From the NCBI GenBank assembly GCA_012959275.1, contig DUDM01000042.1, positions 17,018 to 81,017 of the forward strand: 64,000 bases of DNA, read 5' to 3'. Below, in pieces: positions 55,839 through 64,000 of the stretch. The stretch comes from Candidatus Poseidoniales archaeon. GTDB taxonomy: Archaea > Thermoplasmatota > Poseidoniia > Poseidoniales > Poseidoniaceae. The translations under genes were made by a program, and so were the position numbers. The notes beneath the pieces are model-generated. The model saw nothing but the letters and a program-made list of their open reading frames with translations, made no database searches and was not told the origin of the DNA. Every line of letters starts with the position of its first letter. The first letter of the stretch is position 1.

Positions 55839-57044
55839 ATGCGCAGAGGCTTTACTTGGTTGCTGCTGCTATTACTAATCCTCCAACCAATTATCACACC
55901 TGTTGCCGCAGCATCATGGGAAGTAGATGGTTGGCTTTCAACAGGTTATGCAGATGAACGCTTGGCAGCGGGGGATGAATTTGGCTGCTATGAAATCCCA
56001 TCCCTATCTTGGCAAGCAGACCCTGGTGCAATGGCTAAAGAATGTAGAGAATATATTGAGGAGAATATCGCCGCCTCACATTGGAATTTAACACCAATCT
56101 CCACCTTTGTAGAAGATGGATTGACCTATATTGAGCATGATCTGATTGACGCACAAGGCTTTCCGATTCATGGCGATGATACTGGCCTAGCCTCAACAGC
56201 GTGGCATAATTCAGAAGATTTCCCTGAACAACCAGAGGATTGGTACAATCTAGGCAGGCGAGGTGGAAGTCTTGAGAAAGAAATGAACACCTTGGCGACA
56301 GTGAAAACGGAAGCAGAAGCCGGCGGGTTAGTGAACTTCTATTGGATTGGGAAAGTAGATGAGATAACAATACGCCATGATTCAGGCATCGAAGAATGGC
56401 TTCTTGACAGCGATGCATGGTTCACAACTTGGGGGGAGGCTTGGTCGACATGGGTAATTCAACGCTGCCATCAATTCCAATTACCTTCACCTACTACTTC
56501 GGCTGAAGGAGAATGGAGAATGAAAGTTGAACGCCCTGAAGCGTGCTTGGCTTCTGAAGATAGAAACTGGAATGTTCCGGTAACTTGGAGAGTCAATGCA
56601 AGCGATTCAAAGGTTGTCTCTGTAGTCGATGTTTCTACGGGTAATCAGTTAGTAGTGTTAGATGTTAGTGAAAACCAACTTCAACAAGGCTGGAGGATGG
56701 ATGGCTCTCATCTTTTATTGACAATACCAGTAGGAATGGAGGTCAAGGTCGTCTTTGAAGATGGCGATGTTGGAGTTGATATATTGGATGAGCAATGGTT
56801 CAATGGGCGTTCATTCGCAGTCACCATTGCGGCTCATGAAACTGATGACTTGTTCACTTGGTCAAAGCGTTTTGAAGCCTCTTCAGACCTCAGATTCACT
56901 TGGCTGATTTCACCCAGAGATGCAAGGAGTTCTTCACCGTGGTTGCCGATTATTGGAGTTACATTGGTGCTAGGTTCGATGTTGGCCTATTCGATAATGA
57001 TAAAGCGCGATAAGACCTTGATTGCATCACTTGAAGAAGAATGA
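55839..57044 (+). CDS. Hypothetical exported protein with C-terminal membrane anchor
   Basis: Signal MRRGFTWLLLLLLILQPIITPVAAA. A Trp-rich ectodomain. C-terminal TM WLPIIGVTLVLGSMLAYSIMI. The ORF stays open from 55764. Confidence 0.6.
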   Translation: MRRGFTWLLLLLLILQPIITPVAAASWEVDGWLSTGYADERLAAGDEFGCYEIPSLSWQADPGAMAKECREYIEENIAASHWNLTPISTFVEDGLTYIEHDLIDAQGFPIHGDDTGLASTAWHNSEDFPEQPEDWYNLGRRGGSLEKEMNTLATVKTEAEAGGLVNFYWIGKVDEITIRHDSGIEEWLLDSDAWFTTWGEAWSTWVIQRCHQFQLPSPTTSAEGEWRMKVERPEACLASEDRNWNVPVTWRVNASDSKVVSVVDVSTGNQLVVLDVSENQLQQGWRMDGSHLLLTIPVGMEVKVVFEDGDVGVDILDEQWFNGRSFAVTIAAHETDDLFTWSKRFEASSDLRFTWLISPRDARSSSPWLPIIGVTLVLGSMLAYSIMIKRDKTLIASLEEE

Positions 57045-58010
57045 ATCTCTTTTTATCTGCACACCTGCGTCTTGCAGCCGTTTTTCTGCTAATTGCAATA
57101 GTTCCGGAACCCCTTCAGGAGGATGTACTCCCTCAGGAATCAATCCAGCAAGCGCAGCATCAATCGCCGCTAGAGTGACCAGCCCTGTGGTCCTTGCCAT
57201 CGATGAATCGCCATCTTTGCCATAGTCAATAAGATAGCCATTCCACTCTCCGTTTTTTATTGTCGCAGCAACCGTCATGACAGTCATTTCTTCTCTGCTT
57301 GCATCAAATTGCCATTCGTTTGCCAATTCTTCATCTTGGCTAGATGCTAACCATTTTTCATAATGGCCCGGCCACCTCAATGTATATTCCAACATAGTCT
57401 CGGCTTCTACTGTATCGAGTAGGCTTCGCAACCCGTCGGTTATTGCAGCCTCTAATTTGCCAATATTAGGGATTTCGACCATATGCCTCATTTCCAATGC
57501 AGGGATTTCTTTTTGCTCTCCTGCTATGATAACTCTTGCTGGGCGAGTATATTCTTCAATGACGTCGCTTGGAGAGAATGGCGCCATGTAGGACCAGCCT
57601 TTGTCGGGCTGACAAGGGATGCCGCCGACTTTAATTTCCAATCTCTTAATGCCCTTAATCGCTGCACTCCAAAGATTGGAAAGTCCTGGTGCAATGCCAA
57701 CATCATAGACCATTCTGCCGCCTTGCAGATTGCGAGGGTCTTCTGCAGTGAATGCCAAATCTACAATTGTTTGATTATTATTCAGGAGGGGTTGCCTTAC
57801 TGCATGCCCAACTCTCCCAGGTAGCATATTTACCCATACATCCACATCTTCCATTTTAAGAACATCAAAAGCTGAACAGCAAAGCGTATGACAATTCAAT
57901 TCATTCAGCGATTCTTGGCAATTATCAACTACTAACAAATCATGCTCAAATAATCGCGATGCTACGAATTTACCGATTAAGCCGGCCCCAAGAACCACAA
58001 TCCGCGCCAT
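57027..58010 (-). CDS. Saccharopine dehydrogenase-family NAD(P) oxidoreductase
   Basis: Rossmann start MARIVVLGAGLIGKFV. DVGIAPGLSN and the C-terminal blocks (EYTLRWPGH) are typical of the saccharopine/lysine dehydrogenase family. Confidence 0.7.
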   Translation of the reverse strand: MARIVVLGAGLIGKFVASRLFEHDLLVVDNCQESLNELNCHTLCCSAFDVLKMEDVDVWVNMLPGRVGHAVRQPLLNNNQTIVDLAFTAEDPRNLQGGRMVYDVGIAPGLSNLWSAAIKGIKRLEIKVGGIPCQPDKGWSYMAPFSPSDVIEEYTRPARVIIAGEQKEIPALEMRHMVEIPNIGKLEAAITDGLRSLLDTVEAETMLEYTLRWPGHYEKWLASSQDEELANEWQFDASREEMTVMTVAATIKNGEWNGYLIDYGKDGDSSMARTTGLVTLAAIDAALAGLIPEGVHPPEGVPELLQLAEKRLQDAGVQIKRDSFFFK

Positions 58011-58099
58011 CTCAATCACTTTCCTTAATGGCTCATGACACTTCTATGTGGCGAAGCCTTCATCCCCTGAATGTAAAGGCCACAACATCAGGTGAGCGG

Positions 58100-59467
58100 A
58101 TGGCAAGCGAGGTACGCATCGACCCATGGTCCAGCGCCCAGTCGACTGACTATTCTCGAATCATCGAGCAATTTGGCATCACGCCGCTGGATGCATCCTC
58201 AATTCATGATGCAAGTTTGCATCAGCGACGAGGCATCGTTTTTGCTCATCGAGACCTTGATGTTGTTCTTGATGCTCGTGATTCTGGTAAGCCGTTTGGA
58301 GTCATGACCGGCTTGATGCCGAGTGGACAAATGCATTTGGGCCACAAGATGGTTATCGATCAAGTGCGCTGGTTCCAGCAACAAGGCGGCGATGTCACCA
58401 TTGCTGTGGCCGACCTTGAATCTAATGCGACTCGTGGCGTCAGCCTAGCAGATGCCCGAAGTATAGCACTTGAAGAGTATATTTCCAATTATGTTGCAAT
58501 GGGTTTAGACCCTAACCGGACCAATATCTACTTCCAGTCTAGCCGCTCAATTACGCAAAAATTAGGATTCACTTTGGGCAAGAAAACCAACCTTTCAGAA
58601 ATGGAGGCCATCTACGGTTTTTCAGGCGATACCAATCTTGCTCATGTTCAAGCACCATTGGTTCAGGCCGGCGATATCATCCATCCACAATTAGATGAAT
58701 ACGGCGGCCTACGTCCTATTGTAGTTCCAGTTGGAGTCGACCAAGACCCACACTTACGCCTGACTCGTGGAATAGTCGCCAAAACCAATTGGTTCAATGT
58801 CAAACCAGCCAAGAATGGCGGTTTGGTCATCGGTCTTTCTGTTCAGGATGAAAATGGCGAGGCGCTCGGTCAAAATGACCAACAGAAGAAAAATCAGGTA
58901 TTTGCCGACATTTGCGCTGAATTAACGGACTTAGGCTTTGCTGACTTCCTTTCCAACCCCAAGCATGGCTCTGTTCACATCCCTTCTGCTACTATCAAGG
59001 ACCGAGCAAATATCAGAATGCGTTTATTGGCATTGGAGCGTAAGATGGGAGGGATGGGTTTGCTACAACCTTCGAGTACCTACCATCGTTTTGCAGTTGG
59101 ACTAACAGGAGATAAGATGTCATCTTCAAAGCCTAAGACTACTATTTTCCTAAATGACTCGCCTGAATTAATAGAGAAGAAAATCAAACGAGCCTTTTCT
59201 GGTGGTCAAGCCACACTCGAGGAACATCGCAGGTTAGGTGGCGATCCCGAAAAAGATGTGGCGTTTCAGTACATGATGTTCTTCTTCGAGGATGATGACG
59301 ACTTCCTAAGGGATACCGCAGCATCCTATAGAGCCGGAACTATATTGGCTGGCGAGATGAAACAACTGTGTGTCGACAGAGCCTTGGAATGGATGAATGA
59401 ACACGCAGAATTGAAAGCGCAAAATGCTCATTTAGTCAAGGACTTCCTTGCTCCAGATGCTCGTTGA
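58100..59467 (+). CDS. trpS: Tryptophan--tRNA ligase (archaeal/eukaryotic type) with ~95-aa internal insertion
   Basis: IDPWSS..DYSRIIEQFGI. HIGH-type motif GQMHLGH. KMSKS-type motif DKMSSSKP. ATG at 58100 is preferred over 57959. Confidence 0.85.
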   Translation: MASEVRIDPWSSAQSTDYSRIIEQFGITPLDASSIHDASLHQRRGIVFAHRDLDVVLDARDSGKPFGVMTGLMPSGQMHLGHKMVIDQVRWFQQQGGDVTIAVADLESNATRGVSLADARSIALEEYISNYVAMGLDPNRTNIYFQSSRSITQKLGFTLGKKTNLSEMEAIYGFSGDTNLAHVQAPLVQAGDIIHPQLDEYGGLRPIVVPVGVDQDPHLRLTRGIVAKTNWFNVKPAKNGGLVIGLSVQDENGEALGQNDQQKKNQVFADICAELTDLGFADFLSNPKHGSVHIPSATIKDRANIRMRLLALERKMGGMGLLQPSSTYHRFAVGLTGDKMSSSKPKTTIFLNDSPELIEKKIKRAFSGGQATLEEHRRLGGDPEKDVAFQYMMFFFEDDDDFLRDTAASYRAGTILAGEMKQLCVDRALEWMNEHAELKAQNAHLVKDFLAPDAR

Positions 59468-60055
59468 TTACTTCTCAATGACCGGCGGCTCTGGCCCGAG
59501 TGGCAAACTCTCTAACTCTTCTTCGGTTAATTCACGATTAACTGTATTCTCATGCAGTACCATGCTATGGCCACGTGGGTCAAGAAATTCAACCGTAATT
59601 CCAGAACCTCGCCCTTCTTTCACCTCAGATAGCACCAACAAGATGCGGGTTGCTGCACCCACTTGTGTAGGGTCATCTAGGTCCTTCAAGACCATCTCAA
59701 CCACTTGTATAAAGCGGTCAAGTACCCCTTCTATATTGCTCACATAACCAGTGTTTGAAGTGCCTGGGCTGACTTCCAATTCTAATTCTGGGATTGAGAT
59801 GGTACAACTCGATGAACGCACAACTCGAGCCCTTAATTCATCCTCTCCACTGATAAAAAGAGAAGATGCACCAGGCTTCTTGCCCTCAGCAGGGATGAAA
59901 TCAGTTTGTCTCCAACCACAGGCATTGCACATTAGGGTGACTTGGGTATGCTCTCCAAAGTATGGGATATCATCGATATGTGAAGCCATCTTCAATTGTC
60001 CGGATTTAGAACAAATAGGGCATGGCATATCGATATCTGATTCCATTATGCTCAC
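59468..60055 (-). CDS. ZPR1-type zinc-finger protein
   Basis: CPICSKSG..HIDDIPYFGEHTQVTLMCNACGWRQTDF matches the ZPR1 C-x2-C..C-x2-C zinc-finger module, followed by the A-domain. ATGA overlap with sepF. Confidence 0.8.
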   Translation of the reverse strand: MSIMESDIDMPCPICSKSGQLKMASHIDDIPYFGEHTQVTLMCNACGWRQTDFIPAEGKKPGASSLFISGEDELRARVVRSSSCTISIPELELEVSPGTSNTGYVSNIEGVLDRFIQVVEMVLKDLDDPTQVGAATRILLVLSEVKEGRGSGITVEFLDPRGHSMVLHENTVNRELTEEELESLPLGPEPPVIEK

Positions 60056-60705
60056 TCCAGCCGACCAGCAGCAAAGGCTTCGTCCTCAACTCCTCGTACT
60101 CCTCGGCAACCTGGGGGGAGCAAAAGCAGTCTTGAGGAAGTTAGTTGAACGATTTGACCACCTAAATCTTCTTCGATAAAGGAATACAATTGTGCTAAGG
60201 CTGTACTGAATTCTAATTTCCGTTGCATCAGACGCCCAACTTCGACGATAACAACTTCCCCATCGCTTAGCCAATCCAATAATTCCGCCACTCCAGTCAA
60301 GTCTTGTAGTACGCCTCGGTGTAACACCAAGCCATTTTCACCCGAAGAAATAGGGGCAGCAGGATACTTACTTCCAAGGTCATGATAGCGAACTTTTGCA
60401 GGAGGTGGCGGAACTTCACCCGCTGGCCGTGAACTCGGCATGTCCAAACGGCGCAGAGGGAGGTCGGTGGAAGTGGCCAAGATATCCTCGATAGATTCGA
60501 CCATTTCGGTAGAGAATGAGTCAAGTGAGGATTGCCTCCTGACTTCTTTCTCATCATTCATACTCTTGCTGCAGTGGGCTAAGCACATGAACCTGCGCTC
60601 TGATGTATTGTCGTCGGGTTGATAAGCCATGGCATACCGCCTAGCCTCAACACTCAAGGACCCTCGCCGTTTGTGAGGTACTTGTCTTAGGTGATTATCA
60701 TGCAA
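60052..60705 (-). CDS. sepF: SepF-like cell-division protein
   Basis: The C-terminal core LTGVAELLDWLSDGEVVIVEVGRL..LEFSTALAQLYSFIEEDLGGQIVQLTSSRLLLLPPG fits DUF552/SepF. The start is uncertain (ATG at 60705 or 60630). Confidence 0.7.
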   Translation of the reverse strand: MHDNHLRQVPHKRRGSLSVEARRYAMAYQPDDNTSERRFMCLAHCSKSMNDEKEVRRQSSLDSFSTEMVESIEDILATSTDLPLRRLDMPSSRPAGEVPPPPAKVRYHDLGSKYPAAPISSGENGLVLHRGVLQDLTGVAELLDWLSDGEVVIVEVGRLMQRKLEFSTALAQLYSFIEEDLGGQIVQLTSSRLLLLPPGCRGVRGVEDEAFAAGRLE

Positions 60706-61320
60706 TCAATGGAGCCGGAGCAATTCAAGACAGGAACAAGTACGCTGGGAATATGCTTCAAAGGTGGAGCAGTTGTTGGAGCAGACCACAGAGCAACTAT
60801 GGGTCACTTCATCGCCAACAAAAGCGTCCAAAAACTATTCAAAATCGGCGATAACCTCGCTTTAACAACTGCAGGACTAGTTGGACACGCTCAAAGTCTG
60901 AGCCGAATGTTAGCTGCTGAAGTCAACCTCTATGAACTAAAGCGTGGCAAGAAAATGAGCGTCACTGCAGCCGCCACCCTAACTGCTAACATCCTCGGTG
61001 GCCGCCCCTTCTGGGTTCAACTCCTAATAGTCGGCATGGACGATGATGGCCCATCTGTATATTCCATAGACTCTGCTGGCGGAAGTATCCCCGACAAATA
61101 CTGTGCTACAGGTTCAGGTTCTCCCTACATGTATGGTGTCCTAGAAGATGGTTTCAAGGACAATATGTCTGAAAAAGAAGCTCTTCAATTAGCACATCGT
61201 GCTCTTACAGCATCCGGACAACGTGATGCTGCAAGCGGCAACGGTATGGATTTAGCAGTCATCACAAAAGAGGGCTACAAAGCCCTAACTGATGCCGAAG
61301 TCAACTCACTCTCGAAGTGA
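60700..61320 (+). CDS. psmB: Proteasome beta subunit
   Basis: The propeptide is followed by G/TSTLGICFKGGAVVGADHRATMG (N-terminal Thr nucleophile context). About 206 aa. Confidence 0.9.
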   Translation: MQSMEPEQFKTGTSTLGICFKGGAVVGADHRATMGHFIANKSVQKLFKIGDNLALTTAGLVGHAQSLSRMLAAEVNLYELKRGKKMSVTAAATLTANILGGRPFWVQLLIVGMDDDGPSVYSIDSAGGSIPDKYCATGSGSPYMYGVLEDGFKDNMSEKEALQLAHRALTASGQRDAASGNGMDLAVITKEGYKALTDAEVNSLSK

Positions 61321-61365
61321 AATTCACATTCCCCCAAGTCACCTATGGTGGCCCATCCCCTGAAC

Positions 61366-61390
61366 TAGGGTTCTGATTTTCATAACCCTA
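61366..61390 (+). terminator. Hairpin TAGGGTT-(11 nt, contains TTTT)-AACCCTA downstream of psmB
   Basis: Read directly, about 45 nt after the psmB stop and about 40 nt before the aCPSF1 start. Confidence 0.2.
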
Positions 61391-61427
61391 TGGCGGCGAG
61401 AAGGAGAGTGGGAACGGAGAGATAATA

Positions 61428-63332
61428 ATGAGATTAACCTTCAAAGAAGTGAAAGATCAGATAGCAAAACTGATCCCAAAAGATGTCGATTATGAAATCG
61501 ACTTAGAATCAGCAAAGGTGGCAATCGTCACCCCAACTCCCCGCCGTTTCGGTGGAGCGGATGGACTAGTCGGAAGAATATCAAAAACCGTCAAGCGCAG
61601 TATCGTAGTACGACCTTCAGATGATATCATCATGGAGGAAAAGGATGCAGATAAACTCATCAGGGAATTGATTCCAGATAAGGTGGTAATTTCGGTCATA
61701 AGTTTTGACCGCTGCTTAAAGGAAGTCTTAGTCCAATGTGATGACCCAAGTACCGCCCTAGGGAAGAGAGCCGCTATCAAAAATAAAATCATGGATGAGA
61801 TTGGCTGGATATTAATCATGGAAAGAACACCTCCATTGGAATCAAAGACAACTCACGACATCCGTGGCTACCGACAAGCACACTGGCAAGAGCGTCGCAA
61901 ATTCATGAAAGAATTTGGGCTCAATATCTACCGCCCAAAAAGAGCCGGACCCAACTGGGTTAGGTTAACCGCACTTGGCTCATATAGAGAGGTTGGGCGA
62001 GCATGTCACTACATAACAACAAATGAAAGCAGAATCATGATTGATGTTGGAGTAAACATCGCATCAGATACCGACCCAATGCCATATTTCAACGCTCCAG
62101 AAGCATTACCATTAGAGAAAATAGACGCAGTTGTTCTAACTCACGCCCATTTAGACCACGCAGGAATGCTTCCAGTTCTGTTCAAGTACGGCTACAAGGG
62201 TCCAGTTTTCTGCACTCCTCCTACAAGGGATATGATGTTGTTATTGCAAACTGATTATTTGAAAGTTACGAGCAGCGAAGGCAAGCGCCCGCCCTATGAG
62301 ATGGAGCACATTAGAGAATGTATGAAGCACGTTATCGACGTTAATTGGAATGAAACCACTGATATTGCACCCGATGTCAAATTGACCTTCCACAATGCAG
62401 GTCACATCCTTGGTTCCTCGGCTGTTCATTTGCACATTGGAGACGGGGTCCACAATGTGGTACTAACCGGCGATACAAAATACGAAAAATCATGGCTATT
62501 CGATGCCGCAAGCGTGCGTTTCCCTCGCTGTGAAACTCTCATTATCGAATCTACTTATGGAGCAGCAGGCGACTTTCAACCTAGCCGCGAAGAAGCAACG
62601 ATGGAATTACAAGACGTCATCAAAAGAACGATGGCAAGGAATGGAAAAGTCATCTGTCCAGTATTCGCAGTCGGTCGTTCTCAGGAAGTCATGATAGCAA
62701 TTGACGAATTATTCCGCAGCGGTGAGATTCCTCCAGTGCCAGTTTACTTGGATGGAATGATTCAAGAAGCAACCGCAATCCATGCTGCTCACCCTAAGTA
62801 TCTAACTAGTGCTCTACGGAAATCATTACAACGCGACGATGGCGACAACCCATTCACCAGTAGTTGGTTTAGGCCAGTTAAAGGACGAGATATGAGAGAA
62901 TCAGTTGTTTTGGATCACTCGCCATGTATCGTCTTGGCAACCAGCGGGATGCTAAACGGTGGCCCAGTCATGGAATACTTCCGAAATTGGGCCGGTGATG
63001 AGCGCAACACTCTATGTTTCGTCGGCTATCAAGCAGAAGGAACACTTGGACGACGTTTGCAAAAAGGATTCGGAGAAGTGCCAATGCATATCGATGGTCG
63101 AACTGAAATCGTGAAAATTGGCTGCGAAATGGTTACCATCGATGGCTTCAGCGGACATTCAGACCGAAAGCAACTCATCGACTTCGTTTCAGAAATGAGC
63201 CCAAGACCCAAAAATGTCATCTGCCATCATGGAGATTATCATAAGTGCAATGAATTAGGTCACTCCTTGCGTGAAAAATTCAACATGAGAACTTGGGCCC
63301 CAAAGAATCTTGAAACGGTGCGCTTGGTCTAG
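61428..63332 (+). CDS. Archaeal CPSF1 (KH domains, metallo-beta-lactamase, beta-CASP ribonuclease)
   Basis: 634 aa. The N-terminal KH-like region is followed by the HxHxDH motif LTHAHLDHAG, plus beta-CASP and C-terminal HGD motifs. Confidence 0.9.
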   Translation: MRLTFKEVKDQIAKLIPKDVDYEIDLESAKVAIVTPTPRRFGGADGLVGRISKTVKRSIVVRPSDDIIMEEKDADKLIRELIPDKVVISVISFDRCLKEVLVQCDDPSTALGKRAAIKNKIMDEIGWILIMERTPPLESKTTHDIRGYRQAHWQERRKFMKEFGLNIYRPKRAGPNWVRLTALGSYREVGRACHYITTNESRIMIDVGVNIASDTDPMPYFNAPEALPLEKIDAVVLTHAHLDHAGMLPVLFKYGYKGPVFCTPPTRDMMLLLQTDYLKVTSSEGKRPPYEMEHIRECMKHVIDVNWNETTDIAPDVKLTFHNAGHILGSSAVHLHIGDGVHNVVLTGDTKYEKSWLFDAASVRFPRCETLIIESTYGAAGDFQPSREEATMELQDVIKRTMARNGKVICPVFAVGRSQEVMIAIDELFRSGEIPPVPVYLDGMIQEATAIHAAHPKYLTSALRKSLQRDDGDNPFTSSWFRPVKGRDMRESVVLDHSPCIVLATSGMLNGGPVMEYFRNWAGDERNTLCFVGYQAEGTLGRRLQKGFGEVPMHIDGRTEIVKIGCEMVTIDGFSGHSDRKQLIDFVSEMSPRPKNVICHHGDYHKCNELGHSLREKFNMRTWAPKNLETVRLV

Positions 63333-63616
63333 AGAGGGATATCGAAGCCCTCATCGAGAGGGTCTTTGAGGTTCTCTTTTGCTTCTGTCAAGTTAGTCTC
63401 AAGAGTTGCTTCATTATGCTTGAGGACTCCTTCGGTTGAAGATTGCCTCTCTTGTTTTCTGTTGGTATTAAGGACAATAATTCCGACCAACAGGAGGCCA
63501 AAAAGCAGTAGCATGAACACAGTACCACCTTCAATTCCATCGCTACTTCTACCGATGGCAATCAGCACGATGAGGCTAGCAATACTGCCACCAATGAGCA
63601 AATCCCGTGTCTTCAT
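63329..63616 (-). CDS. Small hypothetical membrane protein
   Basis: MKTRDLLIGGSIASLIVLIAIG..FMLLLFGLLLVGIIVL gives two TM helices. The ORF stays open to 63748 but would then overlap the divergent gene. Confidence 0.45.
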   Translation of the reverse strand: MKTRDLLIGGSIASLIVLIAIGRSSDGIEGGTVFMLLLFGLLLVGIIVLNTNRKQERQSSTEGVLKHNEATLETNLTEAKENLKDPLDEGFDIPL

Positions 63617-63729
63617 TACCTGTACCGAGGAACCATTCTGTTCATGAACCCCATCGCCGTCCTGATGCCATGCCCCCCTTGGATGAGATGCCAAAGCGAC
63701 GTTCAGGAAAGTCAACTCCTGGTTGGTTG

Positions 63730-64000
63730 ATGACCTCTGTTGCACCATTTGGTGAGAATCAAGAAGATGCTTTTGACCAAGGTCTAGTCGACCTAGGATT
63801 AGGCGATTGCCGCCTCATTAGAGTCGAAGGTGCAATGCTACCGATTGGGTTTGAGGCAGTACAACCAAACGACCTACCAATGGGTTCTCTCGTAGAGTGC
63901 CACATCGCTATTGCAAAAGCGGAGGACCGTGGTATTGGTAGTGCAGGAGTCGCCTGGGCAGCAGCAGAGACTCCAGAAGGAGACCAATGTGCAATCGTCT
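63730..64000 (+). CDS. Pyruvoyl-dependent arginine decarboxylase (PdaD)-family protein, 5' part (runs off the window)
   Basis: The hand translation MTSVAPFGENQEDAFDQGLVDLGLGDCRLIRVEGAMLPIGFEAVQPNDLPMGSLVE.. parallels M. jannaschii PdaD ..[47 protein letters not shown].. In-frame ATGs also occur at 63670 and 63688. Confidence 0.55.
   Translation, partial: MTSVAPFGENQEDAFDQGLVDLGLGDCRLIRVEGAMLPIGFEAVQPNDLPMGSLVECHIAIAKAEDRGIGSAGVAWAAAETPEGDQCAIV

Noticed and set aside
61341-61395. Short direct repeat CCTATGGTGGC / CCTATGGCGGC flanking the hairpin between psmB and the aCPSF1 gene
   Set aside because: There are only two imperfect 11-mers in a 107-bp spacer, which could easily be chance. The hairpin is kept only as a low-confidence feature.

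Overview
This is a gene-dense 64-kb chromosomal segment of an archaeon. All calls rest on motif recognition by eye from the supplied six-frame translations. No BLAST, HMM or folding search was run.

I call about 65 CDS, many with 1-4 bp stop/start overlaps, and one tRNA-Lys(UUU). I saw no rRNA, CRISPR array, transposase or integrase.

Archaeal markers:
- RNA polymerase operon rpoH, unsplit rpoB, rpoA1, rpoA2, rpl30e (21.0-30.3 kb)
- Ribosomal protein S3Ae and RNase P Pop5
- Proteasome beta subunit and aCPSF1
- ZPR1, SepF and a divergent FtsZ
- PurP and PdxS

The unsplit rpoB, a bacterial-type PlsC acyltransferase, ThyA plus FolA, a Rieske/cytochrome b module and giant Ca-binding adhesins suggest an aerobic marine Thermoplasmatota-like lineage (MGII/Poseidoniales-like). 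That placement is inference only.

Other blocks:
- gdhA (partial) and ogt
- An asnB / GshA-like ligase / ferredoxin operon
- A methylmalonyl/propionyl-CoA cluster: MeaB, B12-binding mutase subunit, carboxyltransferase, BCCP
- A five-gene Rieske/cyt b operon (9.2-15.0 kb)
- Surface-protein genes (31-34.7 kb and 39.6-42.2 kb)
- A 34.7-48 kb region rich in uncharacterised genes

Most interesting observations:
1. The cytochrome b C-terminal module is fused to an HdrD-like Fe-S/CCG domain.
2. Tightly coupled operons between 36 and 48 kb carry four paralogous coiled-coil proteins. One is fused to a degenerate PAP/Cid1-like nucleotidyltransferase-like domain. A GNAT, a Roadblock/LC7 protein and a KaiC-like ATPase with a deviant Walker A sit alongside. 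This is my best candidate for an undescribed system.
3. A shared helix-hairpin-helix-like N-terminal module is grafted onto both RpoH and RpoA2, a (HhH)2 tail is added to S3Ae, and RpoA1 carries a Cys4 insertion.
4. A release-factor-methyltransferase-like domain is fused to BirA.
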